This document shows positions 1 to 8,618 of a stretch of DNA of 32,000 nt, piece by piece; within the stretch, counting starts at the first letter, position 1, and every line of letters starts with the position of its first letter. The DNA comes from Raphidiopsis brookii D9. GTDB lineage: Bacteria > Cyanobacteriota > Cyanobacteriia > Cyanobacteriales > Nostocaceae. The stretch spans positions 150,001 to 182,000 of the forward strand of contig ACYB01000031.1 of NCBI GenBank assembly GCA_000175855.1, written 5' to 3'. The notes under the pieces are model-generated. The model ran no database searches and was not told the DNA's origin. It saw only the letters and a program-made list of their open reading frames with translations. The translations under genes and the position numbers were made by a program.

Positions 1-524
1 TACCCAATGCTGGTAAGTCAACCTTGATTTCTTCCCTGTCTGCTGCACGTCCCAAAATCGCTGATTATCCTTTTACCACCCTAATTCCTAATTTGGGTGT
101 GGTGAAAAAACCCACGGGTGATGGTACGGTATTTGCTGATATTCCAGGTCTAATTGAGGGCGCATCCAATGGTGCAGGTTTGGGTCATGACTTCTTACGT
201 CACATCGAACGCACCCGGATCTTATTACATCTTATAGATAGTACGAGTGAAGATGTTATTACTGACTATCACACTATTCAATCTGAATTAAAAGCTTACG
301 GTAGAGGTTTGGCTAAACGACCACAGATCTTAGCTCTTAACAAGATTGATGCTGTGGATCAAGAAACTGCGGATTTAAATGGGTTAGCTACAAGGTTAAA
401 CCACCTATCTCTAGCCCCAGTTTTTATTATTTCCGCTGTTACTCGCACGGGACTGGATGCCATGATGCAGGAAATATGGCGCGTACTGGATCAGATTAGT
501 CCTATTGAAGCAAAAATATTGTAG
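1..524 (+). CDS. obg: GTPase Obg/CgtA, C-terminal part (5' end lies outside the window)
   Basis: The frame is open from the window edge (codons phased from nt 3). It reads PNAGKST (G1/Walker A), then DIPGLIEGA (G3), then LNKID (NKxD, G4). Stop at 522-524. Confidence 0.9.
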   Translation, partial: PNAGKSTLISSLSAARPKIADYPFTTLIPNLGVVKKPTGDGTVFADIPGLIEGASNGAGLGHDFLRHIERTRILLHLIDSTSEDVITDYHTIQSELKAYGRGLAKRPQILALNKIDAVDQETADLNGLATRLNHLSLAPVFIISAVTRTGLDAMMQEIWRVLDQISPIEAKIL

Positions 525-668
525 CATGGTACTACCCAGCCTGAAAAAGCCCTAGACACTCCACAAAAGTACACCGGTCAACTTCTGGAGATATCTAGGA
601 GCAACAACTTGCTATTACTTTTATGCTATTGGTAGTGTTAAGAGTGATTTTTATAGTTTCTCCTCTGA

Positions 669-947
669 CTATCCTTTGGAATGTCCTTTTCTTGGTCTAT
701 TCTCCTCTTTTGGTTTAGCTTTGTTCACTCTTAGTTGACGACCCATCCATTCTGCACCGTCCAATTCTGATATGGCGGCATCTTCTTGTGCATCCTCGAT
801 CATTTCAACAAAAGCGAACCCGCGCATCTTTCCTGTTTCTCGGTCAGTAGGTAAAACAACTCTTTTCACCTCGCCATAATCGGCAAACACGGATTTTAAG
901 TCTGCTTCAGTTGCGCGGTAAGAGAGATTTCCAATGTAGATAGTCAT
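669..947 (-). CDS. RRM-type RNA-binding protein (cyanobacterial Rbp family, no Gly-rich tail)
   Basis: 92 aa. IYIGNLSY matches RNP2 and RGFAFVEM matches RNP1 of the RRM fold. The short basic C-terminus is typical of cyanobacterial rbp genes. Confidence 0.9.
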   Translation of the reverse strand: MTIYIGNLSYRATEADLKSVFADYGEVKRVVLPTDRETGKMRGFAFVEMIEDAQEDAAISELDGAEWMGRQLRVNKAKPKEENRPRKGHSKG

Positions 948-1367
948 TGTGAGTCACGTAATTTTCAACAAAAGGGGATGGTTAGTAAAAAAAATGCGAC
1001 CTGGCAATTTTTAAGTATTGCTGGTGATTACTTACTTCTGGTTTGTGACCAAGCAGAAAGCTGATTAGACGCTCTCATATTTGCCACATCACCAAACACA
1101 GCCATCCATTAATATATTGACATAAGCACTGACCTAGAAGATCAGGGATTCTTGACAATTGTCCACAACTTGCTACCCAAGTAGTATTGTTGCTTTCATG
1201 TCCGTTTAAAGTCTGCCGATGCCCCATGCCGACCACTCATTTATTTTACACTGGGTTACTCAAAATGGCAAGTATTTTGGAAAAAATAGCCCAAAAATAT
1301 GGTTTAACCACCTGGAATGAGGCGAGCTATAACGCTTACCTATCATGTCCATATTTCTGGATTTTCC

Positions 1368-1598
1368 TTAATCAATAGAAATTTGTTGAGGTTTGCTGCT
1401 GGCTCCATTTTGGTCATCAGTGGTACTTTTACAGGGGTGGCATGAGGAACTTTGTTTTTCCAGCCAGGTTTTTACCGGTTCTTCAGCCAGATTGATTCGT
1501 AATAGTCCAGAGACAAACCCACTGAGAAAGGAAACGGGATGCTCCCTTAGCTCTTGAAACAGAGGCGATAATTCACTGATAAACATTACACTCTCCAC
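1368..1598 (-). CDS. small hypothetical protein (76 aa)
   Basis: ORF only. Composition is similar to neighbouring genes. I recognise no motif. Confidence 0.35.
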   Translation of the reverse strand: MESVMFISELSPLFQELREHPVSFLSGFVSGLLRINLAEEPVKTWLEKQSSSCHPCKSTTDDQNGASSKPQQISID

Positions 1599-1721
1599 CC
1601 ATAATGTAAAAACCTACTAAAAACCTATTATAGATTATAGCTGTAGTCACTCGCAAGGGGGCGATGGTCTAAATGTTAGGATGGATCCCATAAGTAGGTG
1701 GTGCAAGTGAGGAACAGGCTT

Positions 1722-2576
1722 ATGTTAACTAATTGGCGCAATTTTCTCAAAAATGCTGGGGAGTGGAGGGGCTCATTCACTCGCATCTCTGGTCAAGGAG
1801 AGATTTTGGATTCTACTTTGAGTATTTTAAACTTAGAGGCTACTAATAACAATGAAACTGTATTGTTTAGACTCCGGCGTTTTCAAGGTCGTGATTATGA
1901 TAGCCCTGTTATTCAAGACTATCAACAGGAATATACCTCCCTAGCTAAAGAGAATATATTTTTTGAAACAGGTGCTTTTTGTAAGGGAACTGTACAACTG
2001 GCCCCCTTTGCTGAATTTGGTGCGGAATATGGTTTTGTCCATGAGAACCGCAGGTCTCGTTTGGTGCAATTATATAATAAGGAGGGTGAACTAAGTAGTT
2101 TAACTCTAATTAGGGAGTTTCGTAGTTTTACAGATGCACAGGAAAGACCTCAACTGACAGTAGAACAGCTAATCGGTAAGTGGCAAGGAATATCACATAC
2201 AGTTTACTCAGACTTAAGACCATCTAATAAAGAAACAACTTACTTGGAAATTAAAAAACTAGATAATGGGTATTTAGAAAAACAGCAATTGTTTGCTGGG
2301 GAGGAAATGACTTCTCTCGGTAAAATAGTAGACAACAGGTTGATATTTGAACCATCGTCTAGACAACAATCTAATCAGAAGTTAAACAATGAGGAAATGC
2401 TCTTGCCAGATGGTGTATCTAGCAACATTCTCACAAAACTGGAGCGCAGAAAAGAGTTTTTTATCGAAGCAGGTTGGTTAGTCAAAGATACGGAAAGACA
2501 AAGACTGATTCGTAATTATAATGCTCAGGGAGAATGGATCAGCTCTAGCCATATAGTGGAAATCAAAATGGCATGA
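1722..2576 (+). CDS. conserved hypothetical protein (resembles the cyanobacterial DUF3598 family, from memory)
   Basis: The ORF track gives 1698..2576 with a GTG start. The first ATG at 1722 gives MLTNWRNFLKNAGEWRGSF. It is a long uninterrupted ORF with host-like composition. The family assignment is recollection only. Confidence 0.55.
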   Translation: MLTNWRNFLKNAGEWRGSFTRISGQGEILDSTLSILNLEATNNNETVLFRLRRFQGRDYDSPVIQDYQQEYTSLAKENIFFETGAFCKGTVQLAPFAEFGAEYGFVHENRRSRLVQLYNKEGELSSLTLIREFRSFTDAQERPQLTVEQLIGKWQGISHTVYSDLRPSNKETTYLEIKKLDNGYLEKQQLFAGEEMTSLGKIVDNRLIFEPSSRQQSNQKLNNEEMLLPDGVSSNILTKLERRKEFFIEAGWLVKDTERQRLIRNYNAQGEWISSSHIVEIKMA

Positions 2577-2601
2577 TGGCTGTATCCACCTCCCCGCCAA
2601 C

Positions 2602-4647
2602 CTACAACTTCTCTATAACCTGTTCGGGAAACATACATTTGTCAGAATCACAAGCAGTTGGCCCTGATTCTATTAATTCACCTAAATCATAACGACTTAG
2701 AGCTTCACAAAAATCTTCCGTTTTCCGTCGTAACTTTACCTGAGCAGATAACATTTGATATGTTCTCTGATCTATCGGTTCAAAGGGTAGACGAGGAAAG
2801 GTTTGAATATCATCAAATCTCCCCAGTATGGCTGCTGAAATATACCCTTCATCCTTCTGAATAGCTTCATATATGCGAGTTCCTAAGCATTCAACTTCGT
2901 CAGATCTCAATTCTAAGGTTGCTGAGGTATTATGAGTAGTGTAACACCTCTGTACCTGCATGACAAAATCTAACTGGGCCAAAACAGAAAATTTAGATAC
3001 ATCTATCTTGTCTGCTCCTGGTAAATCTGCCCAAGAAACCGCCACGGGAATTTCCACTAACCACTCGGTACACCGGGGATCAAAGGGATTATCCAGTAAA
3101 TTACCTTGTTCGTCTTTATCAGATTGGGAAGGTATGACACTATATCCGTAATCTAAACAAGCTAGAGCTACTGGGTCGTTCTTACGGAAAGTAATCCGAC
3201 GAATAAATCGTTGCGCTTTGGGAGGGTGCCAACCAGGAGAAGCACCTGTTAATAAGGATTTTGTGCCGCTCGGTTGAACAGTGGTACAACGATTGGGCCT
3301 TTTAATCCCATGTTTATCGCAATATTCCCAAACGGTTTGATGTACTATTTCTCGCCATTTATTGAGATATTTTTGCTCACCCCGTTTAAATATTAGTCCT
3401 TCCTGGGTTTCTGGTCTTCCCTCTTCCCACCAATGTAACCATTCCACACCAAAAGCATGAACAAAGAAGTCAAACAATCCCGTAAAGGAAACACCAACAA
3501 TGGGATCCAATTCTCGACTATATTGATAACGGATCTCCTGAAATTTGTGATTTAATAAGGCAGCTACAGATATGGCAGCTGCTTTAAAGGCTTCCTCCTG
3601 TTCTTTATAGTTATCAGGATCAATTTGGTTTAAATGTACTTCTGCTAAGTTACAATGGAAGTCAGCACCAATAATTTCACCACAGGGGTTTAAACCATAT
3701 CTACTTAAACGATGTTCCAGTTCTGAATCTTCCATCTCTGGATAATTTTCTTTTATCCATGTTCTGGCCTGTCCTGTTGCATAAGCATTCAGAAACTGTT
3801 TTTTTACCTCCAGTGTTTTGAGTAAATCGATATTGGCTCTAGCTACTGCTTCACCAGCCCATTGAATTGCTCCTTCACCACTATAATACTGTTTCTGAAC
3901 GGCTGAAAGGCATTCTTCTAAAGTGGGTTTGTGATGAAATACTCGAGTATGATTGGCCATACGCAAAGCATCTCTTTCTGGGTCTATGCTCCAGTTTCCT
4001 TGAGCATCTTGTTTCCACAGATTATCTTTGGCTGTTGCCCCATTTTCATCCTCTGCAATGAATTGTCTCATACCCGCTGATCTCCGAATATTACCAGCAA
4101 CAATTGATACGGCAGCTTCGTCTATTAATAGACAGCATTCGACGGAAGTTAACTTTCTACCAACAGCTTGGTTGAGAATAGAAGCACAACGAGTATATAA
4201 TCCGGATAATTTGACTGGGTTGGCAACACCACCAAATCCCTTGAGGGTTTCTCCGGAGCGACGCACATCATCAAGATTTACACACACCTGAATATCATCG
4301 GTAAAGCGTATATCCGTAGAGAGTTCCAGAAGGGTTTGGTAGGAATTTACCCAACCTTCTCGACTATCTCCTACGTAAATAGTCACCCGATTACCTTGTA
4401 TAACTGTTTGTGTAAACTCCCGACGGTCTTTTTCTGGAGTGTTGCCAATTTTCCCCTGAATGGTCACCTGTAACCGATTACGAATGGGGGGTAATTGATT
4501 AATATACTGGGGTTCAATCACTGCTCCTGTACCACAACCCATCATGGCCAGATCCATCATTAAACCAAATGCTTGCCAATCTATTAGGTTTGTAGAAGTG
4601 CAGTTATAAGCTCCAGAGAAATTTTTCGACTTTTTTAACCATTCCGT
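2602..4647 (-). CDS. nrdJ: adenosylcobalamin-dependent (class II) ribonucleotide reductase NrdJ, exon 2
   Basis: Reading upstream of the tracked ORF in the same frame gives TEWLKKSKNFSGAYNCTSTNLIDWQAFGLMMDLAMMGCGTG. This continues exon 1 (..GRWLWVGG) directly. The product is a long class II RNR-like sequence (NPCGEI, TTVQPSGT). The 5' boundary is set by the intron 3' end at 4648. Confidence 0.9.
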   Translation of the reverse strand, partial: TEWLKKSKNFSGAYNCTSTNLIDWQAFGLMMDLAMMGCGTGAVIEPQYINQLPPIRNRLQVTIQGKIGNTPEKDRREFTQTVIQGNRVTIYVGDSREGWVNSYQTLLELSTDIRFTDDIQVCVNLDDVRRSGETLKGFGGVANPVKLSGLYTRCASILNQAVGRKLTSVECCLLIDEAAVSIVAGNIRRSAGMRQFIAEDENGATAKDNLWKQDAQGNWSIDPERDALRMANHTRVFHHKPTLEECLSAVQKQYYSGEGAIQWAGEAVARANIDLLKTLEVKKQFLNAYATGQARTWIKENYPEMEDSELEHRLSRYGLNPCGEIIGADFHCNLAEVHLNQIDPDNYKEQEEAFKAAAISVAALLNHKFQEIRYQYSRELDPIVGVSFTGLFDFFVHAFGVEWLHWWEEGRPETQEGLIFKRGEQKYLNKWREIVHQTVWEYCDKHGIKRPNRCTTVQPSGTKSLLTGASPGWHPPKAQRFIRRITFRKNDPVALACLDYGYSVIPSQSDKDEQGNLLDNPFDPRCTEWLVEIPVAVSWADLPGADKIDVSKFSVLAQLDFVMQVQRCYTTHNTSATLELRSDEVECLGTRIYEAIQKDEGYISAAILGRFDDIQTFPRLPFEPIDQRTYQMLSAQVKLRRKTEDFCEALSRYDLGELIESGPTACDSDKCMFPEQVIEKL

Positions 4648-4688
4648 ATGACCCTAAGCCACATTGTCTCCAATATGACTCGGCTTCA

Positions 4689-4722
4689 GAACCGTGCGTG
4701 ATACTTTCGCATCACACGGCTC
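4689..4722 (-). ncRNA. group II intron domain V
   Basis: GAGCCGUGUGAUGC-GAAA-GUAUCACGCACGGUUC. It has the AGC triad, an 8-bp proximal helix, a 2-nt CG bulge on the 3' strand, a distal helix and a GAAA tetraloop. Confidence 0.88.
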
Positions 4723-4740
4723 CTCAATGATTTAGCTCTT

Positions 4741-6012
4741 TTAAGAGTACCAATTTGGGGTTGATGTCTTGGTATAGGTGTCACACTGCTTGCTAGCGTT
4801 GAGAAATCCATGATGGTAGATAAGGTACACCGGTTGACTTTCTTCAAACGCAAGAAATACCCAATTGGCTTGGTCTTGGGAGCCAAAATATTTCTCGACC
4901 CACTGTTTGGTCGATTTGTGATTATGTCTGGCCTTCACCCAGGCAATTAATTTTAAGGTCATTAGGTGGTCTAGCTTTTGGAATGTTTTAGCACTATTAA
5001 CAGGAAAATAATAGTTACTCCATCTGGTAATGATGGGATTGAGTCGTTTAATTAAGTCTAACTGGGATTGACAAGACTTAAATTTGTCTATTTCTTGAGC
5101 TAGTTCCCTGTAATGGGTTTTAATTGCTTTTTGACTGGGCTGGATGAAAGTTTCATACCTTTGTGGTTGGGAGTGGGTTTTGATTCCATATTGGCGGATA
5201 TTAAAGTCCAGAAAATTGAACCCAGGGGATTTTGTACCCTTTTTCCAGGTCTGACTTATGAGAGTTTGGTCCAAGTTGATTTCTATACCTAGATCACCCA
5301 GAAACTTCTCAATCAGTATTTTAGCCTTGATGATTACATCGAATTCAGAATCTAGTAGTGCAAATTCGCTGCCATGTCTAATCAAGGTTATTTCCTCTTT
5401 TTTACCTGGAATGGTTTTGCCATATTCTCGGACAATTTTTTCCATGCCATGGAGAGCAATATTGACTAAAAGCGGGGAAAGTAAACTACCAGGATGGGTT
5501 ATCTCTCGATTTAACAACCATGAGTTTAGATTATACACACCCGATTTCATTCCTACCCTTATTTGCCTACGAAGTTTTGGAAAAGTGCTTATCTTACTTA
5601 ATAGCTTTTCGTAGTCAATTTGCTCGAAGTGTTGGGCAAGATTGGCACTGATAACATACTTGCTACCATACCTCATTGCCTCTTTAATAGCCACTATGGG
5701 ATCCATATAAGTTTTACCCGGTCGGAATCCATAACTGTGAGGCTCAAATTTAGCCTCCCACTCAGGTTCTAGAGCCAGTTTAATCAATAATTGTTGTGCT
5801 TGATAGTCTATTCTTCCCTGACGAATAGCAAGCATTTTGGCAGACCAGGAATTGAGCAGAGTCTTTTGCAGTTTACGCACTACCTTGACATCTCCCCGAC
5901 TAGAGGCTTGATAAATTCTCTTTTGCAACTTGTACACAGCTCTTTCTAGCTTACGCCAGTTTATCTGTGTCCATACCACCATCGGGGTTATCCGTGTTTT
6001 AGTCATTTTCAT
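4741..6012 (-). CDS. group II intron-encoded protein; degenerate RT domain with an X/maturase domain and no En domain
   Basis: The likely start is MKMTKTRITPMVVWTQINWRKLERAVYKLQKRIY (a typical IEP N-terminus). Also present are LALEPEWEAKFEPHSYGFRPG (RT3), SPLLVNIALHGME (RT4) and LNPIITRWSNYY (X domain). YADD is replaced by HGSE. Confidence 0.85.
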   Translation of the reverse strand: MKMTKTRITPMVVWTQINWRKLERAVYKLQKRIYQASSRGDVKVVRKLQKTLLNSWSAKMLAIRQGRIDYQAQQLLIKLALEPEWEAKFEPHSYGFRPGKTYMDPIVAIKEAMRYGSKYVISANLAQHFEQIDYEKLLSKISTFPKLRRQIRVGMKSGVYNLNSWLLNREITHPGSLLSPLLVNIALHGMEKIVREYGKTIPGKKEEITLIRHGSEFALLDSEFDVIIKAKILIEKFLGDLGIEINLDQTLISQTWKKGTKSPGFNFLDFNIRQYGIKTHSQPQRYETFIQPSQKAIKTHYRELAQEIDKFKSCQSQLDLIKRLNPIITRWSNYYFPVNSAKTFQKLDHLMTLKLIAWVKARHNHKSTKQWVEKYFGSQDQANWVFLAFEESQPVYLIYHHGFLNASKQCDTYTKTSTPNWYS

Positions 6013-6609
6013 TGCTATATGAAACTCTATCTTCCAAATCATCGGGAATCTGTCAGCTTATTCATACCCATTACAGGTAGACCTTTGCTTCTGATTCCAT
6101 CTCTTTTTATTAGAGCTTGCGGATTGGTTCCTACTCCCCTATCGACCCCGGAAAGAGCTGCTAATAAAATTACTTCGTTCCGTATAACCATTGATTTGAG
6201 TGTTTAGGATGGCACTACTCAGCCGGAGACAGGAAAGCGTGACCTTGATGGTGGTACTTTTGGGTTCCTTAATGTCTCTTTGTCTTTTGACAGCAGCGTA
6301 TCAACCATTTTTTTCGCTACTTGCTGGGTGACGACTGTTTAGATGTACCTTCACTTTCGTTATCCATGCACTCCTGCTCGCTGGGATTCACCTCATGGTT
6401 TGGTGTTACCAGCTTTTTTCCCCGCTTTACCCTTTGATTACCAGTCCCTAGGTAGGGGAAATGCTTTCACTCCCACGCTTGGAGGATAGGACTCTGTGAC
6501 TATTCCATCACATCACCTATAAGGTTATACAGTTATCTGGGTTCGGTTCTTGAACCCACCGAATCATCCCCCGGTTTAATTAAACCAGTTTCGATTCAAC
6601 GAATCACAC

Positions 6610-6867
6610 ACCACCAACCCACAACCATCTTCCACTCGGCAAGGCTTTCATCTGTAGTTGCATTTTTTCTAACAGTGCAGTTTCCTCCAAGTTGAGTTTT
6701 CCTAACTCCACTAATCCTTTTAAAGTGCGATCGCATAGGTCGCTCCAGGATTCTCTTAATCCTGTTTGGGTGCGACGGCTATAGGTCCTGAAAAACACAG
6801 GATTGGCTGCGGGAGCAGTTTCCGGAAAGGACGCAATCTGGCGTGGACGTTTCAGTTCTTGAACCAT
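6610..6867 (-). CDS. nrdJ: NrdJ exon 1 (86 codons)
   Basis: MVQELKRPRQ...NPVFFRTYSRR...LPSGRWLWVGG. The tracked ORF ends only because it reads into the intron (GTG TGA). The exon ends at nt 6610, immediately before the intron 5' GUGUG. Confidence 0.85.
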
Positions 6868-7144
6868 AATTAGTTGGATAAGGTTTACTGACTAACAGAT
6901 TAAGACTATAACCTCAAGTAGTTTTAGGATCAAAGATTGCTAAATTTGCCACTTTGTGTTATGGATATTTGGTATCTTTGATTACATTTATTGGATAAAT
7001 GGTGTCAAGTCATCAATCTTGACTAAAACTTAAATTTGAATCTTAATTCTGTTTAATCAGATTTAATCCTGTCTAACCTATTTTTATTATGGATTGGAGG
7101 AAAAATTCAAGTAGAATGTGAATTTATCAGTTTATATCTTTAAT

Positions 7145-7534
7145 ATGAATATGCTTGATATATTACCTTTTCAATTCACGATAGACAAAGTAGCCATTGC
7201 TGGCTCCTGTTTATGGTCTTTAGCCCTGTATTTGGCTTTAGCATCCATTAGGGAATGGATAATCACACAATTAAATCGCTGGTTTAATTTTGCCGAGCGG
7301 TTTCTATATACTAGCAACACAGAATTTGAAAAAACCCGCACAGCTAGAGAGTCTCAAAATGCCTTTTATGCTTCAATTATGAGTATTTTACCTTTCTTGG
7401 TATTTGGTGCATTATCCTACTGGAGTCTGGAAATTAGTTTAGGTTCTAGTTGGGGAATTAGTACCGGTATACTTACTACTGTGGGTGCTAGTATCTATGA
7501 ATTAGGAAGAATAAATGGAAAGAATTCAGATTAG
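7145..7534 (+). CDS. hypothetical small membrane protein
   Basis: ORF 7118..7534 with the first ATG at 7145 (MNMLDILPF..). It has several hydrophobic segments (VAIAGSCLWSLALYLALA, ILPFLVFGALSYW, GILTTVGASIY). Confidence 0.5.
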   Translation: MNMLDILPFQFTIDKVAIAGSCLWSLALYLALASIREWIITQLNRWFNFAERFLYTSNTEFEKTRTARESQNAFYASIMSILPFLVFGALSYWSLEISLGSSWGISTGILTTVGASIYELGRINGKNSD

Positions 7535-7594
7535 ATATGCTCAATCGTAAAAATGTACTACTTCCCCAACCTCAACAATTAAATTCCTCAGTGA

Positions 7595-8482
7595 TTATTC
7601 ATGGTGATGAAAATGAATACCAATGAAAATATCATAGAGAAATTCCAAAAAATCCTTTTTTTGTAATAAACCGGAAGTTTGGGGACTACCTTTCTCATCT
7701 AGTAAGGGCTTCATTAGGTAGTAGGCAGGTTGATAATTGTACCAAGTAATTGAAGGCCATAAATGATGGATTAGATGGTAGTTCTGCCCTAAAATTAGCA
7801 TATTAAGGATTTTGCCAGGGTATACACGAGCATTCTTCCACCGATCGCGCTCTACAAACGGTCGATGTGGCAAGTAATCGAAAAAGAATCCCAGTGTTAT
7901 ACCTACTACAAAAGCAGGGACAAACCAGAAGTTGAGAATATACCCTAAAAAGTGATATTGAACGGAAATATAGACGATAGTAAAGATCAGCAATCGGCTA
8001 AGGAACCATTCTAGTAGTTCATATTTACGCCAAAGTTGCCTTTGAAAGAAAAACACCTCATGGTACAAAAATCTCACCGCGATTAACCACAGTGGACCAC
8101 CTGTGGAAACATAATGATCCGGGTCATCTTTGGGATGATTGACATTGCCATGGTGTTGTAGGTGTACTCTGGTAAAAACTGGGAAAGCAAAGGCTAGAAC
8201 TAGGGCACTAGCATGACCCAAGATAGCGTTAGCTATTCGGTTACGATGGGCTGACTGATGGCAAGCATCATGAATAATTGTGCCTGAGAAATGTAAGGAC
8301 AGGGTGTTGATGCCAAAACATAACCAATGGGGCCATTCCCATATCCAGTAACCACAGCTAGAAAGTAACAACATGGTTACTACTGCAAAGAATAGCAACA
8401 CGGTTGGATTTAGACCTCCAGGGGGATCTAAAAGTTCTTTGGGGGGAATTGTCAGTGGCTTTTTTGCCTCCGACGTGAGCAT
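7595..8482 (-). CDS. crtR: beta-carotene hydroxylase, CrtR type (membrane di-iron, fatty-acid-desaturase fold)
   Basis: Three His boxes are present: HDACHQSAH, HLQHHGNVNH and HLIHHLWP. Length is 295 aa, with hydrophobic segments between the boxes. Confidence 0.85.
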   Translation of the reverse strand: MLTSEAKKPLTIPPKELLDPPGGLNPTVLLFFAVVTMLLLSSCGYWIWEWPHWLCFGINTLSLHFSGTIIHDACHQSAHRNRIANAILGHASALVLAFAFPVFTRVHLQHHGNVNHPKDDPDHYVSTGGPLWLIAVRFLYHEVFFFQRQLWRKYELLEWFLSRLLIFTIVYISVQYHFLGYILNFWFVPAFVVGITLGFFFDYLPHRPFVERDRWKNARVYPGKILNMLILGQNYHLIHHLWPSITWYNYQPAYYLMKPLLDEKGSPQTSGLLQKKDFLEFLYDIFIGIHFHHHE

Positions 8483-8618
8483 TACTAACTCCTTTGCTGT
8501 CTTAAACCAACATTATCATTAACTATATCAATCCTCACTATACATTAAATATCTCCAGAATTGATCCTCAAATCTCGTGAAATCATGCTTTTAGCCACCT
8601 ACTGTGGCTAGGGTTTAT

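Larger units (their letters stand above)
4648..6609 (-). mobile_element. group II intron (1962 nt) interrupting nrdJ
   Basis: On the minus strand the 5' end is GTGTGA (GUGYG consensus) at 6609. There is a canonical 34-nt domain V at 4722..4689. A domain VI candidate has a bulged A at 4655, 7 nt from the 3' end, which is ..GGGTCAT (AY) at 4648. An EBS1 candidate ACCACCA (6255..6249) is perfectly complementary to the last 7 exon-1 nt, UGGUGGU. A domain IV ORF encodes an RT/maturase-like protein. Joining the exons restores WLWVGG|TEW in frame. Confidence 0.9.

Noticed and set aside
1187-1378. 63-aa plus-strand ORF between rbp and the 76-aa gene
   Set aside because: It is Cys/Pro-rich with odd composition, has a non-ATG start and overlaps the convergent ORF's end. 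It is more likely the rbp upstream/UTR region. No support.
2658-4291. Plus-strand ORFs 2658..2864, 2960..3151, 3867..4061 and 4028..4291
   Set aside because: They lie wholly antisense within nrdJ exon 2, have low-complexity or odd composition and no motifs. They are shadow ORFs.
4686-4886. 66-aa minus-strand ORF overlapping the end of the intron ORF
   Set aside because: It runs through intron domain V (4689..4722) and overlaps the IEP 3' end in another frame. The region is structured intron RNA, not a gene.
5258-6207. Plus-strand ORFs 5258..5614 and 6019..6207
   Set aside because: They are antisense to the group II intron (IEP gene and domain I) and have no supporting features.
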